Source: Spizellomyces punctatus DAOM BR117
Lineage: Eukaryota
Assembly (NCBI GenBank): GCA_000182565.2
Contig: KQ257462.1
DNA: 64,000 bases
Strand: one strand, 5' to 3'
The first letter of the stretch is position 1; every line of letters starts with the position of its first letter. Shown here one piece after another: positions 47,561 to 60,596 of the stretch. Made by a program: the position numbers and the translations under genes. The notes under the pieces are model-generated. The model searched no databases. It was not told the DNA's origin and worked only from the letters and a program-made list of their open reading frames with translations.

Positions 47561-50500
47561 GATGAGAGCAAAAGAGAACAAACCCACACAATAGCTTCTC
47601 GGTTGAAGCCTAATCAATTGGAAATGTAATTATAGGTTATCACCCTCTGCTATCATGTTGCCATATTTATCGTTTGCTTACTTTCATGGTGTAAGCGCTA
47701 GTCAGTTTCCACCGAGTATCACTCGGTGGTGAGGGCCTACCATGGAAGTAATTGGAGTGCACCGAGTGGAAAAAGACAACAAATGGTCTACACTGAGCTA
47801 AAAGCCCTCCTTCTTGGGACTACCGGCTCAATCGCTCGACCTCTAACGGAATTAAAGACCTAGTCGTAGGCAGAGTTCAGTGTTCTCATGTGCGTGAGGA
47901 CGAGAGACCTTGGTAGGGGATTGCAAGTGTGGTGGCAAGAGGCAAAAGAGATTCGGCTGGGGTGAACCAAGAGACGCACGCAGGGTGATTGGTCCACTGA
48001 GGTGGGTTCCTGTGTTAACCAAAAGTTAGTGTTCAGAAGCTAGTTCTTGGGTTGTGACGTCGCTGCTAGCTATCTTGCCTGCCGCGAGTTTCTTCTGTTC
48101 ATGGCCCTTCTTTTATACAGGTCTCTTCTATGAATACCAATCCCTTCCAGATGGCGGCGGCATAGAAGCTCCCTTTCTTGTGACTACCAGATCAATTGCT
48201 CTACCACTGCCCGTTCTTGGGATTCACAGTTTTTCGCATTTGAATTATGTCACAACACATCGAAAATGTAGCGAACGGACGCAGCCCCTAACATCGTTCG
48301 CTTCAAGATTCACTCATCCAAGCGCGTTACCACAGTTCTTCGAATTTGAATTATCTCACTGCAAATCAAATGCTGACTGCAGTCCTTTCAGAGTACACCC
48401 AGTTTTTCGAATATGAACAAAGATCAAAGCTCATCTGGACACTCCACCATCTACTGATGCACCGGTTCTTTTGAATTGGATTCAATCCATGTCGAGCATG
48501 ACAGAGCGTTTCTACAGATGACCAATGCGACAACTTGCATCACCGTATGACCGAACAAGCCGATCGAATTGAATTATATGTGGGCATGGGGTTTGAAATT
48601 CACACAACAACGTATCGTTGAAATCGATCCAGCACTCCGATGAATGCATCGGTGCAACTAGTAGGGAGCGCATGCAGTGCGAGGTCGACCCTCTCCTTGA
48701 TGTCAAACCGTTTGGCCACAAGCTGGATGGGGCGGTGCATTTGAAAATCCTTATGTGGGAATTGCCGCCTGTAACTTTCTGGGAAAACCAAACAAAAGTT
48801 ATTGGGCGGCGGGAAAAGCATGAAAGATGTCTTGGATATGGTCATTCGGTGGAATGAGTTCCATGAGTTCCATTTGAAGGCGTCCCACTGAACACACACA
48901 CCAGAGTAGCAAAGGAATGAGGACGGGCTAGTTTGCTTTTTTTGTGGGTTTCGGCAATTTTCGGTGGGATTTGGGGAGTTTTGTTTTTTGAATCTTTTCA
49001 ACATTTCTCTCAATATGCATGGGCGATGTAGCGCATTAAGTGAGATGACGAGGCTTGACCACCTCGCATGTAATTAAAAAAAAAAATGTCGGTAACGTAA
49101 CGAGAATACAAGAGGACATGGCAGTAACTACACCGATTGGACATCGATCGAAACGAATGGCACCGGCACTTTAGACCAACTTGCAAACGAAATAGACGAC
49201 ATGGCTGAACACCAAACCATCTCCTCGCTCGACCTGGATGGATTCAGAGGTAAACTGCTGTAATCGTTAATCTGCAAGGGAGAGCATGCATTCTTCAATC
49301 GTTTCTCGATACTCGCACGCTACAACCCTCGTTGGGGTCGAAAAGACACACAGACATCAACCGTTTCTAACAGGAGCTCGTAAGAAGACGTTCGCTCCCG
49401 ATATTCTCCCGATATTCGCAAGTTCGATGGCCGAGCCAACTATCAAAGACCAAAGTTGGTGGGTAAATGCCCAGCCCAATGTTGTAGTTACTTGGTCAAA
49501 GCTACTTGTGGTGACTACAAGTGTCTAGGTCATAAACCTCCATCTCGACCATGGTTGGCCTTGCTTCAAGTTCAAGTTTCTGGCACACGACATGCGTCAT
49601 TAAACACACAAGCCAGTGCTGGATCCCAAGCGGCAGCGCTGGTGCCTCTCCAAACACCCTCATCTCTAGGAAGAGTTACAAGTAGGTAGAGTGATGGGTC
49701 ATGGTATCACTGTTATTCACATGACAGACGGACAGAAAAGTATGAATCCCCCATCACGCTGTCCTGACATCAATGTGCTTGAAGCTCCTTTTATCACGCT
49801 CATTGTTTATAACGAACAGAGGTCTGCCTCTGTTTTGTGAAATTTTCGTCCACGCACGGTTTAAAAACTTTAGAAATCCTGTCCTTCCGTTGCTATTACA
49901 GCCTCGAACTGAATTATGATCCTCTCGTAGCCTTGGAAGATATATCCGCCTTCTTGGTGTTTTCCTGCATTTCCCAGAAGCCGATTACTACATTCCATGG
50001 CAACGAAAAGGATCACATCTTTCTGAGTTTAGTTTGACCTAGCAATAACAAGGGAAACTCAAGTTCCCGAACTGTGCAAATTCGACCTCGGTTGAACCTT
50101 TAGATCATTCTTCAAACGGTGAGATCGGCCATGGCCTCATACATAAAGGAAGAATCTCTTTGCTACGACGGCACGGAACCGATGGAGCGCGAGGACCTTT
50201 GTTGTCGCTCAAGGTAGGTGCTTTCACTGATCGGCCCCTGGTAATCGGCAGTGCACCACTATTTACGTACCTTCTTGAACAGATAGGGCGGGCAGTCTTC
50301 GCGTCGTGTGTTGGTGGACGCCAGTATACCCGGCTCCCACTGGAATGCTATCGGTGCGAACAGAACGGTAGCCATTTGAGCCGCCGGTGTTTCAAACTCT
50401 ACCGGGACTGCGTTGTTTACGGAGGACACGCTTTATAATTATGGAGGAGGGGGAGCGTGGAAGTACTGTAACGGATATTACTGACAAAACGCCGACCGTG

Positions 50501-50891
50501 GCATGTTCATTGGCCGAACTGGGAGGGCAGGGATTTTTATGCAACATCAGATGCCAAGCCAGGTTGTGCAGGGAAGGAGGACCCCGGACATCTACAATAG
50601 CAGTTGCTGGATACAAAAACACCGAATGCACTGGAACGGTGTTCATCACCTTTGCCGCTGTTGCCGCTGGATACGATGAGGACGTGGTACACTTTGAAAG
50701 ATGTTTATCGCAGGCAGCATCTTTATTACATTGGGCAGAAATAAAAATACGGCTTGTGGAGATTCACAGCTCGTCCAACTTGTCACTTCAACTTGGATGC
50801 TTATGCTGCTCACCTAAGTCCAGCCACATCCCAGTGTGGCGCAACTCCAGCAAGCACGCAATTACGATTTTCATGATCTATAAATCTCGAC

Positions 50892-51645
50892 ATGTTCAAC
50901 TGTCCACCCCTAGCGATAATAATTAGAAGCCATGGACGACACAGTAGTGCAATATGGTCGCATCGGAGCACGACACGGATCCTTGTTCCATCAGCGTTCA
51001 GTTTCCTAAACACATTACGGGCTCACCCACCCGTACCCCGTCGACAAGCGTCCTCAACTCCTCTTACCGCCAATTCTCCCGCTCCAGAGCCAGTCGACAC
51101 ACCAACAACCTCTGGACCAGCTTCTGAAGCGCTCTCTTCTAAAACTTTACCCGAAGACACGTCACCTCAACCAGCCTTGAGGGTGAAGCAGGCGATTGTG
51201 CTGAACGAGACAGACTTGGAAGAAAGTTTTGTGAAAGGCTCTGGACCTGGAGGTCAAAAAATCAATAAATGCCGACATCGGGTGCAATTGAAGCATGTTC
51301 CGACAGGAATTATGGTAGAGGTGACTAAAGTTTCTGTTGCGCGTTCTCAGTCAAGTCTACAAGCAACTAATCCTGTCTGATTTCTGCCAGTCCCAGCGAT
51401 TTCGAGAACTGGCAGCAAATCGTAAAGAAGCACGCAAACTCCTCCGTCTCAAGCTGGATGAAATGATTAACGGTGATCTGTCCCGTCGTGCGCAGCAAAT
51501 ATCTAAAGAGCAGAAACGAAAGAAGAGACAAGCACAAAAGAGTAAAAAAAAGTATGGCAAGTGCGAAGTTGAGGAAGGAGAGGTGGATCTTGAGGGTAAT
51601 GCAGCAAGGCAAGAAGAGGGAACGAGGAAAGAATCAGAAACATGA
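50892..51645 (+). CDS. Mitochondrial ribosome-rescue peptidyl-tRNA hydrolase (C12orf65/MTRFR-like, RF-1 GGQ domain)
   Basis: [23 protein letters not shown]...[36 protein letters not shown] and a basic tail; presequence-like N-terminus. Confidence 0.9.
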
Positions 51646-52102
51646 TCGCCAGAGGCATTGATCTAGAATGCTGAATCCTGTCTTGCAATTCGTCATTGCA
51701 AGCCTCATTTTGCCGTAGACGAGACAGCCAATCAACAACCCCTCCCAGCACTTTCCATGAAAGTCGAGCACTTCCTGGGACCAAGACGATGCGCACAAGA
51801 CACTGCTTGCATGCAGAGACGGAGGGACGAGGAAAAAACGAGACCGTCGAAACAGATGCAGGATTCACAACCGGGGATTGGGGCAGTCTATCGCACGGCA
51901 ATCTACCGGACCATTCGAAAAAAGATGCAGGATTCACAACCAGGGACTGGAACAGTCTAGTAGTATGGCATTCTTTCAAACATGTACAGGAATAATAAAG
52001 CAAGCCAACAGATAATCTACACATACATATATGAAAAAAAATAAAGAATTTCCATCGCCTTCCTCCCACTCCCAATCCTCCCAGTGCGCACTCCAATTCT
52101 TT

Positions 52103-52477
52103 TCACTTTTTGCCCTTTTTCGCCTTGTCCTGTTCCGCCTTTGCCTTTTGCGCTACACTCTTCATGATGGTCAATTTGCCAGTTGCCCCAGCCCGAGCGG
52201 CCATGAGTTGCTCAGTTTGCACAATGGCCTTTGCAGCGAGTTTCTTTTGAAGATTTTTCTGCGTTATAAGGGCTTTTGATTTTGGTGCAATGTATTTTCC
52301 TAAGTGACGAAACCCATAAACGGAATTGAGCGAGACTGTTCTTATGTGCAGTTTAAACCAAAGTGGACTCGAGACATTACCTTCCCTCTTTTTCGGACCC
52401 AGAGATGGCTTTTGGGCCTTTTTGGTTGCTAACGATGGTTTGCTTGCACCTGATTTCTTTAATCCTCCTTGTGCCAT
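52103..52477 (-). CDS. UPF0390 / Leydig cell tumor 10 kDa (C19orf53)-like small basic protein
   Basis: MAQGGLKK...LGPKK/GKYIAPKSKALITQKNLQKKL...EQLMAARAG..GKLTIMK; one intron. Confidence 0.8.
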   Translation of the reverse strand: MAQGGLKKSGASKPSLATKKAQKPSLGPKKREGNVSSPLWFKLHIRTVSLNSVYGFRHLGKYIAPKSKALITQKNLQKKLAAKAIVQTEQLMAARAGATGKLTIMKSVAQKAKAEQDKAKKGKK

Positions 52478-52643
52478 TGTTGTGGAAAGACTGCTGCGAA
52501 TTGTGGCAGAAAGGACTCGATTACGAAGGAGTCAAAAATAACAGACATAGGCTCACGTGATGCGTTGAGTAAGCTGATCTTGAACAGCGCGTTTTGGATG
52601 TTGCTGTTGCTCGCCTTGTTGGCCACCAGCCTCGTTCGGAAGA

Positions 52644-53030
52644 ATGGAACAACGAAAGTCAGTACGAGATACACTGATTCAAAATGTTGGATTCTGTCCC
52701 AAAGGTAAACGTTTGATTCAGTTAGCCCTCTGCCAGTTCAATAGCTTATCATCTTCAACTGTCTCAGATGCACTAGGATGGTTATACGCAGCACGAGGAT
52801 ACTACAAAATTCACGACTACCATGCCGTTATAGAATGCGTTACACCGGCTCTACGAAATGATCGAACAAAACGAGAAGCGCAGCATCTTCTTGCGTTTAG
52901 TTTCTTACATACTGGACAGGCGGAGGCGGCTGCAGGGGCTTTTTTCAAGTCGATTAATGCTGGGAATGATACTGATTGGCAACCTTTGGTGGAGTTATTG
53001 ATTGAGAATGATGGGTTGAAGCTAACGTGA
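52644..53030 (+). CDS. Small TPR-like helical protein
   Basis: WLYAARGYYKIHDYHAVIECV and AQHLLAFSFLHTGQAEAAAGAFFKSI fit the TPR consensus. Confidence 0.6.
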   Translation: MEQRKSVRDTLIQNVGFCPKGKRLIQLALCQFNSLSSSTVSDALGWLYAARGYYKIHDYHAVIECVTPALRNDRTKREAQHLLAFSFLHTGQAEAAAGAFFKSINAGNDTDWQPLVELLIENDGLKLT

Positions 53031-53190
53031 TTGTTGGGCACATCATTGTAAATATAATGTGAGTGAATTCGGATAGATAATTTTATTGGCACCAAAAAGT
53101 TGTTAGTTTTGAGAGTATATTTTTCTACATCTCTATGAAAATCAGTTTCAAAAAATGGGGGATGATCCTGTCTACAAAATTGTATCTACA

Positions 53191-55052
53191 TTATCGCAAC
53201 TCTGCCGCCAATGTCGCCGGTTCTTCCAAATATCTTTTCCAAAGCTGGACAAAACGGGCAACCGTTGCCCCGTCAATGACCCGGTGGTCTGCATTGAAAC
53301 TAACATTCAAGATTTCCTTTGGAACAATAATTTCCCTTTTCTTGCCGGTTTCCGCGTCATGGACTGTCTCATAGCGCGGGAGGCGCTGAACTTTTCCGAT
53401 GGCTCCAATGCAGACTTCTGAAGATACTAGGACAGGGTGAAGAACTGTACCACCAATGTTACCAACATTGGATAACGTAATGGTGCCGTCTTTGAGATCC
53501 GCGGGCGAGATTGCGTTCCGTTTACCAGCCTCCTTTAAGCGCTCAAGATCCACTGCGATATCGATAATGGACTTTTGCTCTACGTTTTTCACGTTGGGGA
53601 CAATAAGTCTAGGTGAGGGCAAACATTAATGATTAAAAGGTCTTTGCGGTTAAATCAGGTAAAAGAAACGGTCAAACCTACCCTTGCGGCGTGTCCATCG
53701 CAATACCAATATTGTGCGCCCCACGATATTGCAATTGGGCCTTGGAGGCATCCTCCGCATTAATCAAGCACGCATTCAAAATCGGGTACTGACGCAACGC
53801 CATCGACAAAGCCTTCATAAAAATGGGCATGTACGAAATTTTTTTAATCGGGTATTGACCAGATGGTGCATTCTTGAGGTAGTGGTTGATTGACGAGCGA
53901 TACGCTGACGCCGCGTTCAGGATGATTTCATCAGAGAATCCAAAGTGTGGTATTTGGAGAGACCGCGTCATGGACTTGAACATGGCTTTCTGGATCGGTC
54001 CGAGTGGGACAATGCGGTCTTCTGCAGTGACAATAACCGGTGACGGTTTCTTCTGCGTTGCAGGTGCAGCTACAAAATACGGGATATCATCAGTCAAAAA
54101 TACGGACCATCTTAACCTTTACATCTTTTGGAGGCTTACCAGGTTGCGATGGTACAGATGCCGCAGTAGTACCCGTTCCACTGACAAAAGCAAGGATATC
54201 TCCTTTAAGAACCCGTCCGTTTGGTCCAGTCCCCGCAATTTTTACCAGGTCTACATTATGTTCCCGTGCAATCCTTCGTACCGCAGGAGTCGCCAGAAGG
54301 TATCCACCTTCACTCCCTGTAGGAAGCTTCTTATCACCCTCCCTAGCAGCGGCTGCTGAAGGCAACACCGCTTCGGCAGGAGCAGCAGCCATAGATGGTG
54401 ACGGCTCAGTTGACCCATCAGGAACTTCGTCGGTTTCAATATCGACCAGAGGTGCACCCACGCGCGCAACGTCCCCAGCGGCATAATGAAGTTTTTTGAT
54501 GACCCCATCGTATCTGGAGGTGATTTCCACCGCGGCCTTGTCTGATTGCACTTCGCATATTTTAGCAAACTGCTCGACTTGATCTCCCTCCTTGACAAAC
54601 CTACGTTGGACGTTGAATTATTGTTTAGCATCCAAACGTTTTATTATATCCCATTAACTTTTTCACGTACCACTGAATGAGCTCGCACTCTGTGATCCCC
54701 TCTCCAATATCAGCCAGCAAAAAAGGAACGTTTTTTTGAGAAGGTGGGCGGGTATGAAAGTTACGGCCCCGAACAACGTTTGTCGTCGCCGATACCGCTA
54801 CCTGTTGACGTTACAATATGCTCAGAAAAAAGCCCATTCGGGTTTACGCTTGTGCGTGTGCGAATGTAACTTACCAATGGTGCTCTTGGCGTTTTCAAAG
54901 TCAGTCCAGCTACATTTGCAAACGCTCTCCCCTGCACCTGAGCAAAACACAATCAGCACGACCATAACCCATGCGTCGGTCAGAGATGCCTGTACCTTTG
55001 CGCCCCTTCTCAATGCATACCGCACGCCAGCAATCCCTACTCGGAGATGCAT
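53191..55052 (-). CDS. DBT: Branched-chain 2-oxoacid dehydrogenase E2 (dihydrolipoamide acyltransferase)
   Basis: FLLADIGEGITECE; CEVQSDKAAVEITSRYDG (lipoyl Lys); ATPAVRRIARE; IAMDTPQG; ADHRVIDGATVARF. Confidence 0.95.
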
Positions 55053-55521
55053 CTCAATTTTCAAAAAAAGACACGGAGGCTGTGGGAAGGGAGGGAATGG
55101 CAAAGGGCTTGGTGTGAAAAACAACCCAAATCAACAACATTCTCAAATTTGAGTCTGTGCACTTTGTACTACATCATGTGACCGATAAGCTTCCACGTTA
55201 ATGTTGTGATATGAAGGAGCAACAGATGCTGGATATGGAAGGACCGGATATTCTCTAAGCGATCCGAATATGCAGTAGGCTGAGTGTACTCTTCCACAAA
55301 TTGATCTTCTCATGGTGCATTCAAATCCAGGTGTATCATTCAGTTATTCATCTAAAAAAACGACGACGTTTTGAAAAGTTGTGGCGGTCGGGAGGAATTT
55401 CTGCATTGCATCTCTGTTTTGAAACACATCGCGCAGTGCAGTATAATGATGCTTTGATAATTAGGCAGGCACCGTCGACAAGGTCACAGAATATCACGTC
55501 TTTTTTTCAACGACAGCCTCA

Positions 55522-58500
55522 TTAACTCTCGGCATAGTCTCCTTGCTCATTCACTACAGCGCCATTCACAGCATACTGCAATTTAAATCGTATCCGAAGA
55601 GGTTCCTAGAAGACCATGGGTGAGGATGGTGCTTGTAAACAAATCAATGCACACCTGTCGATTACCTTGTTTGGATTCACAATTTGCATTCCTTGCGTAA
55701 CCTGTCCTTGATTTAATGGGGGTAGAACCGTACCCGAAGCAGGCTCCATGTTCAATGTCATCGACTATAAACGAATACCAACGTCAGAATTAAGGATATG
55801 TACACACTTATGTTTATAACTACCTTTGGAGCCGCCACCTGGAATACAAGGTTCGTAAAGGGAACGGGCGTGACATTGATAAACACTGCCTGAGCCGCCC
55901 ATGCGTTCCCCTTCCATGACAAGCGATACTTGACTTGCAGACCATTCTTATCGAAAATCATGACTGGTCAAGACAAAAGTCATGAAAACTTTTAGTTTTG
56001 AAAAAGGGCTTATCACAAGATCTTCAGGTGCATACCTTCCTTCTTTTGCTGCACATTTGACACCCCAGTAGCTCCCCCAGACGGTGTGCCTGGAGCACTC
56101 AAAGGTGGTGGTGTTGCAGGGGCCGAACCCGCTGAAAAATTCATAGCATGTTAAGCAAAGAGTATAATGTAAATGCATCCTGCACTTGCAATCCTACCTT
56201 GCGATATTCCCGCAAGTTTGCCAAACAAATCCACACCACCAAAAGGATCGACTTTGGACTGGAACGGTGGGGTGCCTGGCACAGAAGACGGTGCAGCTGC
56301 CCATCCCAAATCTTTTGCACAATATCAGAAGTCAGTGATGGACTAGGAATGACACGAAGGCAAGACGTGTCCTTACTCGACGGTACTGCAGGACGTGCCT
56401 GCGGTGTTCCAGCATTTTGTGGGGTATTACCTATCAATGATAACCGTCGATATAAGTATGCATGTATTCCATTTGACTCATGTTTCCAAATTTCAATCGA
56501 ACCTGACGAGTAACCGCCAAAGGAAGCCAGAGTCTGGCCTCCCGCAATCGGTGGCGCTTGACCCTGCGGTCGGATCGGTTGTCCAACCAACGCTGGGCTC
56601 CTCGCTCCCGAGCCCGGTGTGCCAAGTGGCTGCAATGAAGGGAAGCCCGGTCCTGATGAGCCGTCAATGAGTGACGGGCCAAAATTGGGGGGAACACTAG
56701 ATGATGATGATGGTACAGCAGGGGTGGCCTAGAACAAGATTACAACAGAGTCACACAAAAGTTGAGAGACTGGCCTGTTGCTTACCGTAAAGTTGAGGGA
56801 ACTGAGATCATCGAGAAGACCTAGTACGCTGGTTAGTGATCGCTCCTCTAGTATGTGCAGCGTAAGACATTTAACTAACCGCCAAGTCCACCAGCTTGTT
56901 GATGTTGTTGCTGTGGCTCCTGCTTTTGCGGTGAGCCGGTCGGTGGCGATGCAATGGGTGGAGTTGCTGGTCCAGGAGCCCCCCAGTCGTCTAAATCAAT
57001 GAGACTCACAGGGCCGGGTTTGACTTGGTTCGTGTCTTTCCTTGACGGGGACACAGCGCTGTACACGGCATTGCGGCGATTTGTCAGGAGTTTTGCTACA
57101 ACGTTATTGGTTCACAACTTGGTTCACCTCTTTTGAACAGCTCCCTCAATGGGGTTTCCGGCTTTGAAATCGGCATGTTTGTTAATGACCATATTTATCA
57201 GGTCATTGAGCTCCAAGAGGCGTCCTGTGCATAGAGCCAAATGTAAATATTTGTTGCATGGCTATCAGAAATCAGACCTGGTTGGGACCTTACCCATCTT
57301 TTCATCCTCCTCCCCGCCTGAAATCAGTTTCTGTATCCTGGATTGGGCCGATTTGGCGCTCCCTAGCAATTCCTGCAGAATGCCTCATTGTCAATGGTCA
57401 TCCCGGCATCAAAGATATTCATTCTATCAACCTCAACAGTTGAATCGGGCCTCCATCGATCCTCGGGTGATTTTTGGATCAAAATATCGTTCAGTAGTAT
57501 CGCTCTCTGCTCGATTCGGTTCAATTCTTCTTCCACTTGTTTTTTATAGTTGGGAACACGCTCTGTATCCTATCTCTTTCGTCAATTTCGCTTCATCCAC
57601 ACAAATAGAAATGGCTTTTTCAAACACGTACATATCCCGACATGATCTTCATTAGATCATTAGCTTGTTCTAATGCCGCCGGTGTTCCTTGTCGAAGAAG
57701 TTCTTGCAGTTTCTACAAGATCCAACATTAAAACGCATGATTCACAGTTAAAAATCCAAAGATTCGAATACTTACTGCTCCTTGTGCGATCTTGTCCTCC
57801 TGCTCCAGCTCTTCCTCAGTTTTAAAGGTCTAGTGTATTCACCAGAATCGTCATTCGTTGTGCAGCGTACAAGCTTTTAAAGCCAATGCTTACATGAGAA
57901 GGGTTCAGCACGGCTTCTGCATCCTTTGAAAGAGGTGGAAACCGATATCCTAGACAAGATGCAGTTCAATGATTGCGCAGTGATAACGGCCAGCAAGCAG
58001 GTGTGATATTATACCTTTGTACGATAACAGCCGATACATATCATTAATATGCTTGAAATCGTCCTTGTAGCGAGATGTGACACACAGTGTCGCGTTCCAT
58101 TGTTGAATAAGCTCAAGAATGCGATGTTGGACCATATTGACGTTCTGTCGGTAATTCCCATCAGTTTTTTATTGCAAGCGATTGAAAAGAATGGCTGATA
58201 GACACAAACCGCGGGACGCTCCGGAAATCGTCGTACTAACTCATTTAGGAATTCCTTGGTGGATATGATGAGATGGAAGGGATAACCACAATTCTTGACG
58301 CAGTAATCTAGCAACTGAAGCACATCAATCAGTACACTACCCGGCATTCATTCTTGGATTTCAAAGCCCTAATACCATAAGCGCGTGTAATGCTGACTGG
58401 TTATTTCGACTGTTTACATTGCGGACAATTGCAAGAGCAGCTTCTCGAGGCCTGTCCCACCATTAAGCTATGGTCAGTCAAATTCCGGAAATATCCTCCA

Positions 58501-58703
58501 GGCGTCATCAAACGTACAAGCTTCTTCCTTTTTGATTGATAAGATCGCATATCTCGAGCATGAGTGCGACATTTGGTTCAGCGTATTCAGTGTCGCATGC
58601 TTGGTCTGCATTTTGTATCAGGTCAAGTGCATCCAAACGAATTCACACTCGGTCTCTCATAGAACGCACCGACAAGTTGGTCCATAGACATAAAGGATGT
58701 CAT
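55522..58703 (-). CDS. GGA-type clathrin adaptor (VHS-GAT-GAE)
   Basis: LLDYCVKNCGYPFHLIISTKEFLNELVRRFPERP (VHS); LKTEEELEQEDK...LQELLRQGTPAALEQANDL (GAT); C-terminal IFDKNGLQV...FQVAAPK...PLRIRFKLQY (GAE). Confidence 0.93.
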
Positions 58704-59093
58704 ATTGGGGACTAATATGGAATGCCGTATAACAAGTTCTGCAAATCCTCTCTGTGGAAGGTCTCCTGTGCATTCCACCAAGAATCCAGCGTGAGCCATG
58801 GTCCATCGTAAAACAAACTTCAGCTCTATAGAGCTCGCTCCTTTAGACTCTTTATGTAATGCATTACCACAAATGTGCAGTCGCCAACCCAGTCAAAGGC
58901 TGTTTACACGCTGAGTTCAGCACAATCGTTGCTTGATGAGTGTTTGCAAAAACAGCCAGCGAGTGCTTACGTGCACCGCCCCCAATGTGTCACTATGTCC
59001 CGGCATTCTGGCTCCAATATGGCGCGTGTGGGTCAAGTAAGCCATGAGATTCTCACGCTGGTCCCCAGGTTTTGCCTGACCGCGATCAAGACT

Positions 59094-60596
59094 ATGGCTA
59101 CCGATGAGATTACCTCGCTGAAAGCGCTCGTGTCAGACGCTCTGGCCAAGCGAGGCGTATTGGGCAAGATCAAGGTATGTAGAAGGGGGAATACATGCTG
59201 GTACTTTGAGTATATGAGTAACAAACAGCATGGTGGCTCTCCTATTCCCTGCGTCGGCAAATAGGCCCAACTACGATCCTCTGTTTTCAGTGTACTTCAG
59301 AATGAAGCCAAGCCTTTACCTCTTGAAAATGGCAAAGTTCAAGCCTTGCATGCGTCACCGGATGGTATGTGCATGGACTCGGCGATCTTGCTGGCTTTGG
59401 TTTCTCATCAGTTGTGCCGATCACCCATTCGATAGGCCGAATAGCTCTTGCTTTAGTGCGCGACTTTCTCAAACATCTCGATCTTGAGTATACTCTTGCA
59501 GTGTTTGACCCTGAAGCCAGCATGGTGAGCGCTGCATCTCCACATCTGTAGAGTCAATGTTTACGATGGTGCAAAGCCCTCATATGCTAAGCCTATCTAT
59601 TATCAGACAGATCTGGTTCTGAACGACGTTGAAGTACACTCTGCCCTCAACCTTCCTGAGAAGGAGGACAAAGACAAGCCACTACTCTTACACTTGTTGG
59701 ACAATCGCGGGTCACAACAATTGCGACCCATCAAGGTAAACCTCCATTTTTTTGTTGAGGAAATATTGTAACTAAGTTGGTGTTTGCAGTCAGTACCAGT
59801 ACCACAATCAAAATCGAGTGCGTAGATTCACATAGCAGCTTGTTATACTCGAATGCTTGTTGCTAAAGATACGTTTGCTTAGCATCTTCATGGCCACCAC
59901 CCTCTCCTATTCCCATCTCACCTGTTGCCACACCGTCTGGCCCACCACCTACCACCCGACTACCACCTCCGCCACCCCCAACGCTCCCAGCTGCGCCAGC
60001 ATCGCAATTCCCTCTGCTGGGCTCTAAATCAACGCCAGGTAAGTCATTTCCGCGCATTCTTCCAACTTGTGTTGCTAAGGACGTGGTAAAGCATCCACAG
60101 ATGACGATGAGGAGAGTGGAGAGGATGATATGCTGGAAAAGATGGATGCCATTTTGGGATCATTTGAAGAAGAGGATGAAAGTCTGCTTGGGACACAAAG
60201 AAATCGACATGCCGTTGATCAACCAAAGCAAGCAGCTGACAAGAATGTGACACCTGAAGAGGAAGAGTGCGTAGTTATTGAGAATGATGGTACACGGCTT
60301 GTGCAATGCTCATTTACTCTGCTTGCAAATAGAATTGAAGAAATGATCGACGCCGCACACTCTGATCAAGAGGCAAGTTACATGAACCTCAATCGACCTG
60401 GACAGGTAAAGCAAAAAAAAGAAAACAATACAGACTACCCTGTAATTTGAGAGCAACTTTTTTTATTCCGTTTTTCCCTTTGTCAAAGCTGTCGGACACT
60501 GAATTCATAACGAGCGATCGCACCGTCAGCCCGGCTCTCAGTGCGGCGGCGTATGATCACGAGGAGGATGTTGAGATTGACCTGAAAGAAATATGA
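59094..60596 (+). CDS. FGFR1 oncogene partner / CEP43-like centrosomal protein
   Basis: LKALVSDALAKRGVLGKIK/AQLRSSVF and GRIALALVRDFLKHLDLEYTLAVFDPEA (FOP dimerisation/LisH); C-terminal TSDRTVS...YDHEEDV. Confidence 0.85.

Noticed and set aside
49087-49110. tgtcggtaac after a poly-A run as an LTR or TIR end
   Set aside because: No matching second end found in the window.
49180-50400. Possible F-box pseudogene
   Set aside because: Only a vague helical resemblance (SSIVSRYSHATTLVGVEK); not supportable.
51853-51955. ~30-bp direct repeat agatgcaggattcacaacc
   Set aside because: Single small intergenic duplication with no further structure.
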